NCBI GenBank assembly: GCA_963705505.1
Contig: CAVPJU010000002.1
Location: 32,001 to 96,000 of the forward strand
DNA length: 64,000 nucleotides
From: an uncultured bacterium
GTDB lineage: Bacteria > Desulfobacterota_D > UBA1144 > Nemesobacterales > UBA2774
Reading direction: 5' to 3'
Shown here: positions 1 to 9,169 of the stretch, in pieces
How positions within the stretch are numbered: the first letter of the stretch is position 1
How the letters are laid out: each line of letters opens with the position of its first letter
The notes under the pieces: generated by a model
What the model was told of the DNA's origin: nothing
Seen by the model: the letters and a program-made list of their open reading frames with translations, nothing else
Databases searched by the model: none
Made by a program: the position numbers and the translations under genes

Positions 1-39
1 AGCTTTCTCGCGAACCTCACACTCGAGTACCGGTTTTAG
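1..39 (+). CDS. 3' end of an upstream gene (SFLANLTLEYRF*), probably an outer-membrane beta-barrel protein
   Basis: Open frame to TAG at 37-39; alternating hydrophobic residues ending in Y-x-F, the beta-barrel C-terminal signal. Confidence 0.5.
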   Translation, partial: SFLANLTLEYRF

Positions 40-108
40 ATTAACGAGAGATACGAGAGATCATGGTTTATAATTTAGCTATTAACACGGTTAGAGGGAA
101 AATTATCC

Positions 109-783
109 ATGCGCATATTAGTCGTGGAAGACGATAAGAAGATCGCGTCATTCATCATGAACGGACTCAGACAGGCAGGGTTCGCCGTGGACCATGCGGG
201 TGACGGAGAGGAAGGCCTTCACCTGGCCCTCCACGAGTCATACGACGCTGCCGTCATCGACATAATGCTCCCTAAAATGGACGGTCTCGTCCTGATCGAA
301 GAGATTCGCCGGAGCGGGGTAAATACCCCCGTGCTCATCCTGAGCGCCAAACGCAGCGTCGATGACAGGGTTAAGGGCCTCGAGACCGGCGGGGACGATT
401 ACCTGACCAAGCCGTTTGCATTCTCAGAGCTACTCGCGCGCGTCCAGGCGCTCATCAGGCGCTCGTCAGGCTCGACGGGGACCTCGTTCCTCAAGGTGAA
501 CGAGCTGTCGGTCGACCTCATTGCCCGGAGAGTCGTCCGCTCCGGAACGGAGATCGACCTTCAGCCCAAGGAATTTTCGCTGCTCGAATACTTCATGAGG
601 AACCAGGACAGGGTGCTTTCCAAAACCCTCATACTCGAGCATGTCTACGATTACAACTTCGACCCTCAGACGAACGTCGTGGATGTGCTCGTCTGCAGGC
701 TTCGGAATAAAGTCGACAGGGATTTTGAGAAAAAGATGATTCACACGATAAGGGGAGTCGGCTATGTTCTTAAAGAATCCTAG
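109..783 (+). CDS. OmpR-family response regulator, heavy-metal (CusR/CzcR-like) type
   Basis: MRILVVEDD, DIMLP, DDYLTKPF; C-terminal winged helix TNVVDVLVCRLRNKVD...IHTIRGVGY. Confidence 0.95.
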   Translation: MRILVVEDDKKIASFIMNGLRQAGFAVDHAGDGEEGLHLALHESYDAAVIDIMLPKMDGLVLIEEIRRSGVNTPVLILSAKRSVDDRVKGLETGGDDYLTKPFAFSELLARVQALIRRSSGSTGTSFLKVNELSVDLIARRVVRSGTEIDLQPKEFSLLEYFMRNQDRVLSKTLILEHVYDYNFDPQTNVVDVLVCRLRNKVDRDFEKKMIHTIRGVGYVLKES

Positions 784-2146
784 GCTCCTGCTTAAATCGA
801 ACAGCTTCAGACTCATAACGTGGTATACGGTAATATTCGTTCTGAGCTCGCTCGTAATCAATATTTACGCCTATACCGTCATCTCCTCCTTTATAGACGA
901 GCAAGGCCGGAGGGAGATAAGGGAGGACCTGCGGGATCTGGCGGAAATCTATCAGGAGGACGGTCTCGAAGCATTCCGCAAGGAGGTATTCGAAGACCCC
1001 GATGACCCGTACCTTGTCCGCCTGACGGGGAGCGCGGGGAATACTATAGTTTTAAGGACCCCCAAAGACTGGCCGGAAGAGGAAAAAGGACAGCTCGAAC
1101 ACAGCACCGACCCGAAAGACGGAGAGTGGCGGATTCTGGGCGCAGGCGAAGAAGGGGAATCGGAAATAATTTCCTCGAGAATGCCCGACGGCTCTATCAT
1201 TCAACTGGGACAGCCGATAGCCGAGCGGGAAGACCTTTTGAACAAGATACGCAGGGTCTATATAATCGCCATTCTCCCCATTATACTGCTCGCTTACCTG
1301 GGAGGACTATTCCTCGCCGACCGCGCGCTCAACCCTATCCGGCAGCTTATCAATACGCTCAATTCCATTGTTTCAAACGCCAAGGTAGACATGAGGGTGC
1401 CCGAAGACAGGACTGATAAGCTTAACGAGGAGCTTATCCTCCTCTTTAACACGATGCTCGACAAGATCGAGTCCCTCATAGACGGAATGAGGAACGTGCT
1501 CGATAACGTCGCCCATGATCTCCGTACGCCCATGACGAGGCTCCGGGGCACGGCTGAAATAGCGCTCCAGTCAGGCGAGGATACGGAGGCTCTCCGCGAG
1601 GCTCTCGGAGACTGCATAGAGGAATCGGACCGTATCCTCATAATGTTAAACACGCTCATGGATGTATCTGAAGCGGAAACAGGGGCGATGAAGCTCAATC
1701 TCGAAGAGATGAACGTCGCGCCGCTCATCGACGACGTCGTCGACCTGTACGGTTACGTAGCCGAGGATAAAGGAGTTACAGTCCATACGGGTTTTCCGGA
1801 GGAGCTTTATTTAAAGGCCGACCGCAGCCGTCTGCGTCAGGTCATGGCCAACCTGCTCGATAACGCGATCAAATACACGCCCGCAGGAGGCAGGATAGAG
1901 ATCGAGGCGAGCAGGAGAGAAAAAGAGGTCGAGATCATCGTGAAAGATACGGGGATCGGAATCTCGGACGAAGAGCTCGATAACATCTGGGACCGTCTCT
2001 ACAGGGGCGACAAGAGCCGTTCGGAAAGGGGACTCGGGCTCGGACTCAGCCTCGTCAAAGCTATCGTCGGAGCCCACAGAGGGCACGTCGAGGTCTCGAG
2101 CAAGCCCGGCTCAGGCTCCGTCTTTTCCGTGTATTTCCCCGTCTGA
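764..2146 (+). CDS. Membrane sensor histidine kinase (2 TM, HAMP, HisKA, HATPase)
   Basis: AHDLRTP H-box, NLLDNAIKY N-box, DTGIGI and GLGLGLS G-boxes; overlaps the regulator. Confidence 0.95.
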   Translation: MFLKNPRLLLKSNSFRLITWYTVIFVLSSLVINIYAYTVISSFIDEQGRREIREDLRDLAEIYQEDGLEAFRKEVFEDPDDPYLVRLTGSAGNTIVLRTPKDWPEEEKGQLEHSTDPKDGEWRILGAGEEGESEIISSRMPDGSIIQLGQPIAEREDLLNKIRRVYIIAILPIILLAYLGGLFLADRALNPIRQLINTLNSIVSNAKVDMRVPEDRTDKLNEELILLFNTMLDKIESLIDGMRNVLDNVAHDLRTPMTRLRGTAEIALQSGEDTEALREALGDCIEESDRILIMLNTLMDVSEAETGAMKLNLEEMNVAPLIDDVVDLYGYVAEDKGVTVHTGFPEELYLKADRSRLRQVMANLLDNAIKYTPAGGRIEIEASRREKEVEIIVKDTGIGISDEELDNIWDRLYRGDKSRSERGLGLGLSLVKAIVGAHRGHVEVSSKPGSGSVFSVYFPV

Positions 2147-2288
2147 ATTTAGGTGCCGGCTCATTAACGCTTCAAACCCGTAAACCATTCCGATTACTAC
2201 TCGGGAGTGAACTTGCAAACCGTCTTCATCCCCCATCACCTGCTCCCGCCCCATTAGTCAGCAAATCGATCGGAAACTGATTTAATAT

Positions 2289-2304
2289 ATTACTAACTTG
2301 TAAT
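2289..2304. promoter_or_regulatory. ATTAC-N6-GTAAT inverted repeat, CzcR-type response regulator operator
   Basis: ATTACtaacttGTAAT about 70 bp upstream of ORF 2377, next to a heavy-metal-type TCS. Confidence 0.65.
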
Positions 2305-2376
2305 CTCGCGGAAATGTACCTGCAACCTTCGCTGTCTATTCTGTCGATAATCGCATATTAAAGAGGAGATACCGAC

Positions 2377-3093
2377 ATGATCAAAAGAATAGGCTTATTG
2401 ATTCTTACAGCGGCTCTTTCATTTCTGACCGTAGGCGGGTGCAGCAGCGGCGGCGGCGGAGGCGGTCCTTGTCCGGCAACCAATACAGGCATAGAAGTCT
2501 GCGACCCTGAAACCGGCGGTCCCTTCTCGCTCGTTATCGACAACGGGTTCTTCCCGGTCGTGGTAGGAAGCGAGACTGTGCTCGAAGGAGAGGACGACGA
2601 AGGCACGGTGGTCCGGGTGGAGACAACAGTACCCGGCGATACCGAGGTGGTTGCGGGAGTCACAACGCGCGTCCTCGTGGAGACGGAATTCCAGGACGAC
2701 GTGCTCGCCGAGGTCTCGAGGAACTTTTTCGCTCAGGCGCCTGACGGCACTGTCTGCTACTTCGGGGAGGACGTCGACATATATGAAGGCGGACAGGTCG
2801 TTGCTCACGACGGCACCTGGCATGCGGGAGAGAACGGAAACCTCCCGGGCATAGTCATGCCCGCCGATCCTCAACCGGGAATGATCTTCCGGCAGGAGTT
2901 CGCCCCGGGCGTAGCCGAAGACGAGACTGAAATAACGGCCTTAGGAGAAACTATCGACGTTCCCGCGGGGATGTTCAGCGATACGCTCTCGGCAGAAGAC
3001 TGCGACGCCCTCGACAAGACGACGGATCTAAAGGTCTACATAAACGGGATAGGACTCGCGATAGACGAGTTCGCGGAGCTGATTTCATTTTAG
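2377..3093 (+). CDS. Acidic lipoprotein of unknown function
   Basis: RBS GAGGAG, signal peptide with VGGC lipobox, poly-Gly linker, Asp/Glu-rich body. Confidence 0.85.
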   Translation: MIKRIGLLILTAALSFLTVGGCSSGGGGGGPCPATNTGIEVCDPETGGPFSLVIDNGFFPVVVGSETVLEGEDDEGTVVRVETTVPGDTEVVAGVTTRVLVETEFQDDVLAEVSRNFFAQAPDGTVCYFGEDVDIYEGGQVVAHDGTWHAGENGNLPGIVMPADPQPGMIFRQEFAPGVAEDETEITALGETIDVPAGMFSDTLSAEDCDALDKTTDLKVYINGIGLAIDEFAELISF

Positions 3094-3164
3094 GAGAACG
3101 GAGGCGGTTCCTGTGCAACTCCATGATAACCGGCTCGTACCACGGGCTTCCGGGGACTCAACTT

Positions 3165-4478
3165 TCACTTGAGTGTCTTATCCTTGAGCTGAAGAGGCGG
3201 CTTCCACTGCCCTTCCGCGACGCCGGGAGCGCGGCGGCCCCACGTGTTGTCACGCTTGTCGGGAGCATCCGTGAAAAATCTTACGAGGAGCCTGTGAAGC
3301 ATGTTCATCTTCGGGAGTATCCCGTGGAAACCCCCGACCTCGGTCAGGAGCTTGTCCCCTATCTCCCAGTAGCCGTAATCGCCGGGCGTCACGCAGACGA
3401 GGTTCTCCGGGGCGAGGAACTTGGGCACAGCGCCCTCGAACGGGACCGTGCCGTCGCCCGTGAGCCTGCACTGGGGGTCGGTGATGTTCGCGGGAAACCA
3501 CTTGTTGTCCCTATCGGAGGAGCTGAAATCGAATTCGGGGAACCTGCCGTTCTTTACGATTTTCAGACGCACCCTTGTAATCGAGTCCACTCCCACGACG
3601 GCGAGCCATCTGTCGGTACTCAAACCGGCGTCCGATAACTTAAATGTATCGACCTTCTGCCTGTGAGTCTTCCCGAAGGTCAGCATATTGGAAAATATTT
3701 GCTCGGCGAGCGTCATCGGGTCTCTTTCAGGCAAGCCTTTCAAACGGATCCACTCCTTGATCGACTGGATAATGCTCGGCTGCCATGCCCCTACCTCAAA
3801 TAACGAATCTGGCACGCCCTCGGGCACCTCGATGCCGTTTTTAAAACTGGGGACAAGATAATACAGCGCGGGTGTGACACGGGCGGATTCCCTCTCCCTC
3901 GAGCTCGGCGGGGACACTCCCAGATTTGCGGTACCGGTCGTCACCTTGATAACTGCTTCAAAAGAGCCCTGATAAGGCGTGGCGAGCGTGGCGACCTTGT
4001 GTACCGGCGCCTGCGTTCCCTTATTCTTGAGATAGCCCGCTATTATCAGTCCCCCCATCGAATGACCTACGAGGTTCACTTTCGGGTCGTTCTGATAGCC
4101 GGCTCTGTAGTAGTGCTTAAGCAGCTTAGTACGGTCGATCACCTCTTGTATGAACGAGTCGAACTCAGCCTGTATATCCTCGAGCCTCATCCTCCAGTCA
4201 TACCCGAAGGGATAGACTGGCACGGGCTCGTCTTCTTTTGTCCGCAGGTTGAATCGAAGCTCTTCGATCAATTCCTTATATGCGATCTCATACAATTGAT
4301 CGGATTTTAGGCGCGCGGGTTCCTGGGCTTCATAACGAAGGTCGTTCGGGTGGAGAGCCAGGCTCTCGTACTTCTTCGTCATGACCGTCCATACATACTC
4401 GGGGGGCAGCTGATAATCGTCTTTTAAATAGGTGGCGGTAATGCCGGGGACTACTATGACGGGGTACGGTAAAGGCAT
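3165..4478 (-). CDS. Alpha/beta-hydrolase lipase/acyltransferase (LCAT/PGAP1-like)
   Basis: VPGI oxyanion motif, YDWR, GHSMGG nucleophile elbow, GDGTVP. Confidence 0.85.
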   Translation of the reverse strand: MPLPYPVIVVPGITATYLKDDYQLPPEYVWTVMTKKYESLALHPNDLRYEAQEPARLKSDQLYEIAYKELIEELRFNLRTKEDEPVPVYPFGYDWRMRLEDIQAEFDSFIQEVIDRTKLLKHYYRAGYQNDPKVNLVGHSMGGLIIAGYLKNKGTQAPVHKVATLATPYQGSFEAVIKVTTGTANLGVSPPSSRERESARVTPALYYLVPSFKNGIEVPEGVPDSLFEVGAWQPSIIQSIKEWIRLKGLPERDPMTLAEQIFSNMLTFGKTHRQKVDTFKLSDAGLSTDRWLAVVGVDSITRVRLKIVKNGRFPEFDFSSSDRDNKWFPANITDPQCRLTGDGTVPFEGAVPKFLAPENLVCVTPGDYGYWEIGDKLLTEVGGFHGILPKMNMLHRLLVRFFTDAPDKRDNTWGRRAPGVAEGQWKPPLQLKDKTLK

Positions 4479-4544
4479 ACGTAATCCTCCTTGCCGAGAT
4501 TATATAAATTAAAGAAGACCGCACGGACCGGAAAAAATCGGAGC

Positions 4545-4863
4545 TTAATCGCTTACTATCCTGTAAATCGTCCAGCGCGCGGTGCCCGAGACTATGTACT
4601 GCTCGAACTCCTTGCCCCATTTCTTGTGCTGATTTCAGCTTGGCGAGCTTGGCCCAGGCCTCGTCGAGCTCCTTAAGCTCCTTTATCTTGATCTCCGTTT
4701 CTATCGTGGACTCGTACGCGCCGATCGACCCTGTGATCAGCCTCACCCTTTCGGGCTTCCACCCGGCCTGCGAGCCTACTTCCTCGAGCCACTTCTTCAT
4801 CGAATTTATGGCCGACTGCTTATAGCCGAACTTCGCCTCCACCTGCCACCTTGCTATGAACAT
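4545..4863 (-). CDS. Small conserved dimeric-barrel (NIPSNAP-like) protein, 1-nt frameshift near 4630
   Basis: MFIARWQVEAKFG...LKS continues in another frame as HKKWGKEFEQYIVSGTARWTIYRIVSD* (stop 4545). Confidence 0.65.
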
Positions 4864-4990
4864 GATTTAAGCCTCCTATAACGGTTATTTCTGAATGGAT
4901 TTGCGGATAATGCTAAATGATAGAACAGGGGACATGGGAAATCAACGGATTTTAACGGTAGAAGCGCAATAAAACTATGGCTGGAAAATC

Positions 4991-5431
4991 TTAAAACGAA
5001 ACTCCCGCGGCTGTCGTTATGCGGAGCACGGCTTCCTGATTGAACAATTTTTTATAGGTCTCTTTTATCTGCTCTATAGACTCGTCCACCTCCGCGCTCG
5101 AACCGCCATCGTAAAGGAGTATAACTATCTTGGACCCCTCCTTTATCACCTCTCCCGTTTGCATCATCCACTGCCCGTCCGAGTCGATGATCGTAAGGCC
5201 TTCCTTGAAGCCGGGGGTCACGTATGTATCGACGAAGCTCTGCCATTCGGCTTCGGAGACGGTCCCGCCGTCCGGTTTTGATAGTCCGAATACGAGCAGA
5301 GTCTCCACATAGGGGGTCCCGTAGAAGGGCTGAACCGTTCCCCTCACACTCCCGGGCGCGTCGGTGCAGGAGGCGTGAGAGACCACCAAAATGACTAAAA
5401 TTAAAAGAGCCGGGTTCCGCAAACCGCGCAT
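4991..5431 (-). CDS. DUF3574-family lipoprotein
   Basis: LVFGLSKPDGGTVSEAEWQSFVDTYVTPGFKEGLT...YKKLFNQEAVLR; lipobox HASC. Confidence 0.85.
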   Translation of the reverse strand: MRGLRNPALLILVILVVSHASCTDAPGSVRGTVQPFYGTPYVETLLVFGLSKPDGGTVSEAEWQSFVDTYVTPGFKEGLTIIDSDGQWMMQTGEVIKEGSKIVILLYDGGSSAEVDESIEQIKETYKKLFNQEAVLRITTAAGVSF

Positions 5432-5505
5432 CAGCCTTACGTCCTCCTCATTAACCGGTTTCCTCGTTCTTCAATAATACATACATATTCTTCCCGATGT
5501 ACAGC

Positions 5506-6121
5506 TCATAGCTTCAGTCCTTTCAGAAACCTGCGCAACTCCTTCTTCGCCCCTCCGACGATCGGCTCGCCGTGGGCAAAGAGCAAGGAGTCGAAATCTA
5601 TCTTTAAATGGGACGTGAATACTTTTCGCAATCCGCGTTTAACCCCTTCGGGGTCGTCACCCATCAGGTAATCCGGGACAAAACCAAGCTCATCGTCGTC
5701 CCTGATTATGGCGTCCCCGATCGAAATGATCCCCTTGCCGAGCGGAACGTAGAACGCCGTTTCCTCGGGGCAGAGCACCCCGACTTCGAGCGCCAGTACC
5801 CCTCCCGGAAGCTCGTCTCCATGCTCGAACCCTGTGACCTTCTTACCCCTTCTGAACGCATGCAAACCGTCCTTATGGCACCAGACCACGGCGCCGTAAC
5901 GCTTGGCGAATCTCTTTGCTGTGCCGGTAATGGAGACGGTTGGTGAGGTAGATGTTTTCGGGGGGATTATGTTTCTTGAACCAGCCGATGCCTTCGGACG
6001 GAACCCTGGGGTCTATGAGGTACGCAGGGTCGGCAGCGGAAACGTAGTAGGAGTGGACGTCCTGTCCTATGCCTTCGTGGAAAGTGATCCAGTGAAAAAC
6101 GCCGGGCAATATCTCCTGCAC
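5506..6121 (-). CDS. Metallo-beta-lactamase-fold protein, frameshifted near 5915
   Basis: ORF 5873-6121 (LIDP, LTNRLHYRHS) joins ORF 5506-5889 (GDA, LLFAHGEP). Confidence 0.7.
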
Positions 6122-6205
6122 TGCTCACACCTCCGTGTTTCCGCGCGGAACACCCTTATACGGAACCTTCTGACCGAGTGAACGTATTTACAACGCCGGA
6201 CCGAG

Positions 6206-6742
6206 TCAGTCCCCGTAGTCTCCGCTGATGACGCTCTTCAAGGTCTGGGTGAGAGTGCCTTTGACCGCGAAGTCCCAGTCCCCTTTATACTCGATGTCGT
6301 CAATCGCCCAGCCGGATTTCCCCTTCACGAGCATTACCCCGTCCTTCCACGTGAAAGTCTTGCCGTCGCCGGGGCTCGTGTTTTTGAATTCGACGGTGCA
6401 CGTGCCCTTGGCGCCCTGCTCATCGCACTTTAGCACCTTGAAGGAGTCAGCACCCTCGAAGAGTGACGTGAATATATCCCCTTCGACGAGAGGGGGGACC
6501 TCCCCTTTCGTTTCTTCCTTGTATTTTATTTCGGTGTCTTCCGCGGATTTCAGCAGTGAAGCCAATTCGGGGGTTATATAAGGCTTATACTTTTCGAGCT
6601 CTTTAGCAGTCGGTATGCCCCTCGTTTTGAGCTTAGTGTAGGCGTTATAAAACCCGCTCACGGTAGTCTGCATATTCTCGCCCGCGAAGGAAACCGAGGT
6701 TACAGCCAGGGCGAATATAATGACCGAAATAATTTTTTTCAT
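6206..6742 (-). CDS. Secreted protein, YbjP/DUF3828-like
   Basis: Signal peptide; VEGDIFTSLFEGA and WAIDDI motifs. Confidence 0.7.
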   Translation of the reverse strand: MKKIISVIIFALAVTSVSFAGENMQTTVSGFYNAYTKLKTRGIPTAKELEKYKPYITPELASLLKSAEDTEIKYKEETKGEVPPLVEGDIFTSLFEGADSFKVLKCDEQGAKGTCTVEFKNTSPGDGKTFTWKDGVMLVKGKSGWAIDDIEYKGDWDFAVKGTLTQTLKSVISGDYGD

Positions 6743-6935
6743 GACCTGAGATTCTCCTTTTCCGGCACGTCCTTTGAGACCGCATCAGTCCCGAGCCCGC
6801 CCTTTCCCCGACAAGACCCTCCGCGCACTCGATTGATTATAGACCGCATCGGGATTAACCCGCAATATTATATATGATTAACCGGCCGGAGTGGCGGAAA
6901 TTTCGTAAAGATTAAAGACAAAGAGGTAAAAAGAC

Positions 6936-7029
6936 GAGATCCTGAATCAAGCTCGCTATGACCAAATAAAGGAAATGACAAAGAATTATAAATCCTCCCT
7001 AACCCTCCTCTTACAAAGGAGGGAATTAA
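6936..7029. repeat. Two REP-like intergenic elements (GAGATCCTGAA...ATGAC; AAATCCTCCCT...AAAGGAGGGAATT)
   Basis: Same motifs recur at 30459-30680, 33515, 35776, 38449, 51669 and 61692. Confidence 0.7.
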
Positions 7030-7198
7030 ATATTATTTTTCCGCTTAGAAAAAGGGGGAAAGTGATTCCACTGCATACGGTCTCCGGAACCCCCTGTGTT
7101 ATAGTAGTTACGTTCAATTTCCTTTTATAAAACTATACATGCCGCCCTGTGGTCAAACGGGGCGGAGCCGTTAAACAAAATTTTTCGGGAGGCGAATC

Positions 7199-8134
7199 AT
7201 GCTGTCAAACCTTTTAAACCGTATATTCGATCCGGCGATTGCGGGGAAGCTCTACGAGTGGCTCATCACGTCCGGGCTAAGGATAGTGATAATTGCCCTT
7301 GGGGCGTACATATTCATGAGTATTATCAACGGTGTCATCGGGAGGCTCGATACGATCGTCGCGGGCCGGAGCACCGGGTTCGCGAGCGCGCCCGATACGG
7401 AAAAGCGGGTGAAGACCCTGACGTCGCTCTTAAGGAGCATCGTGTTCGTGCTCGTCTTCGGGGTCGCCGTAGTGATGGTGTTAAAAGAGCTGGGTATGGA
7501 TGTCGCGCCCATCATAGCCGGCGCTGGCATACTTGGCCTGGCCGTGAGCTTCGGCGCCCAGAACCTCGTTCGGGACATAATAAGCGGCTTCTTCATGATA
7601 ATGGAGGACCAGGTGCGTGTCGGAGATGCCACCGTGATCAACGGGAAAAGCGGCACCGTGGAGGAGATAAAATTCAGGACTATCGCCATAAGGGACCTGG
7701 ACGGGACGCTCCACATCTTCCCGAACGGCTCCATAAACCAGCTCTCGAACCAGAGCAGAAACTGGTCGAAATACATCGTGGACGTGAGGGTCGCGTACAG
7801 GGAGAATATGGACTACGTCATTGAGGTGTTGAGGGGCATAGGGGACGGCCTCGCGAAGGATAAGGATTTCGCCTCGCTCATCCTCGAACCTCTTGAGGTC
7901 CTCGGCGTGGACAGCTTCGGGCCCTCCGAGGTCCTGGTCAGGTGCATGATAAAGACACTCCCCCAGAAGCAGTGGGCAGCCGGGAGGGAGCTCAGGAAAA
8001 GGATAGTAAATTCGTTCGGCGAGAAGGGTATAGAGATACCATTCCCCCACCTGAGCGTATATTACGGGGAGAGGAGCAGGCCCTTTGACGTGAGGCTCGA
8101 AGGGGGTGGAGGCGCGGGCGCTCCGGGCAATTGA
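7199..8134 (+). CDS. Small-conductance mechanosensitive channel (MscS/YbiO family)
   Basis: GAGILGLAVSFGAQNLVRDIISGF, GTVEEI, PNG, GIEIPFP. Confidence 0.95.
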   Translation: MLSNLLNRIFDPAIAGKLYEWLITSGLRIVIIALGAYIFMSIINGVIGRLDTIVAGRSTGFASAPDTEKRVKTLTSLLRSIVFVLVFGVAVVMVLKELGMDVAPIIAGAGILGLAVSFGAQNLVRDIISGFFMIMEDQVRVGDATVINGKSGTVEEIKFRTIAIRDLDGTLHIFPNGSINQLSNQSRNWSKYIVDVRVAYRENMDYVIEVLRGIGDGLAKDKDFASLILEPLEVLGVDSFGPSEVLVRCMIKTLPQKQWAAGRELRKRIVNSFGEKGIEIPFPHLSVYYGERSRPFDVRLEGGGGAGAPGN

Positions 8135-8309
8135 GGGGTCGTACAGCTATTAACACTCGGTCATGTTCCGCTGAACGCCCGTTCAGGGCAATATTTAAAT
8201 AAATGACAAATCTTGAAAAGATGTGTATAATACGATAAAATTTTGTCAACAATATATAATTTATATTTTCCCCTCGATAGAAGGACCGGATTTACGGAAG
8301 AAAGGACAG

Positions 8310-8798
8310 ATGAAAAAGAAAACCCTTACAAAAAACGGCAACGGACACGCAAAGTTTGAAAGTCTTAAGCTCGCAGAATGTCTCGACTGTATGTGCTATG
8401 AGTTCCGCAAGACCTCGCGCTATGTAATCAACTTTTATGATATGGCGCTCAGGGACTCGGACCTCAAGAGCAACCAGTTCATAATTCTTGTAGCGGTGGC
8501 GTATCTCAAATCGCCGAACTTCAAGTCCCTCGCGGAATTCGTGGGCATCGACCAGAGCACGCTCGCACGCAACCTTGTAACCGTCGAAAAACAGAGGCTC
8601 GTCAGCGTAAAGGCCGGTAAAAACCGGAGAGAGAAGCTGATAACCCTTTCCAAAAAGGGCGAACAGAGAATCGCGAAGTCCTTCCCTCTCTGGAAGAAAG
8701 CCCAGGGACAGCTCGTAGGCGAGCTCGGAGCCGAGCGCTGGAAGCACATGCAGAAAGAGCTTTCAGACGTCGTATCCCTGACGAAAAACCTGAGCTGA
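8310..8798 (+). CDS. MarR-family transcriptional regulator
   Basis: CMC..RK.SR N-terminus, wHTH DQSTLARNL, NRREKLITLS; start placed at the ATG after AAAGGA. Confidence 0.85.
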   Translation: MKKKTLTKNGNGHAKFESLKLAECLDCMCYEFRKTSRYVINFYDMALRDSDLKSNQFIILVAVAYLKSPNFKSLAEFVGIDQSTLARNLVTVEKQRLVSVKAGKNRREKLITLSKKGEQRIAKSFPLWKKAQGQLVGELGAERWKHMQKELSDVVSLTKNLS

Positions 8799-8933
8799 TT
8801 ACCGATCCGACCCCGCACCCCGCAAGTCACCGAGAGCCCTGCATACCCGTAGAGCCCCCTCTTTCAACCCCGACCCTTTCCGATTATGCATATATTCGGA
8901 GAACGTATCCGCTTCATTGACAAATTTTAGAAA

Positions 8934-8949
8934 CGGCACGATAATTGCG
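8934..8949 (+). promoter_or_regulatory. Putative sigma54 -24/-12 promoter
   Basis: CGGCACgataaTTGCG upstream of the hybrid kinase. Confidence 0.6.
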
Positions 8950-9169
8950 ATTATATGTTTAAATCGACAACTTACCCTTAATTCCGTGACGTCCTTTTGA
9001 CAGGGTAAGCCAGGTAACATATGAGCGTGGAGTTTTTTCATCTCTTACGTATCGGGGCATGAAGATCAATATGCCGAAGCCAATCGAATTACCCGACGGG
9101 AAGCTTCCTTACCGATAATATCCCCGCTGAATGAGACCCGACTGAATCACACCGGCCCGGAGCAGCTAT

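Noticed and set aside
6885..6899. GCCGGAGTGGCGGAA resembles the 5' end of tRNA-Leu
   Set aside because: No anticodon arm, T-arm (GTTCGA) or acceptor 3' strand follows
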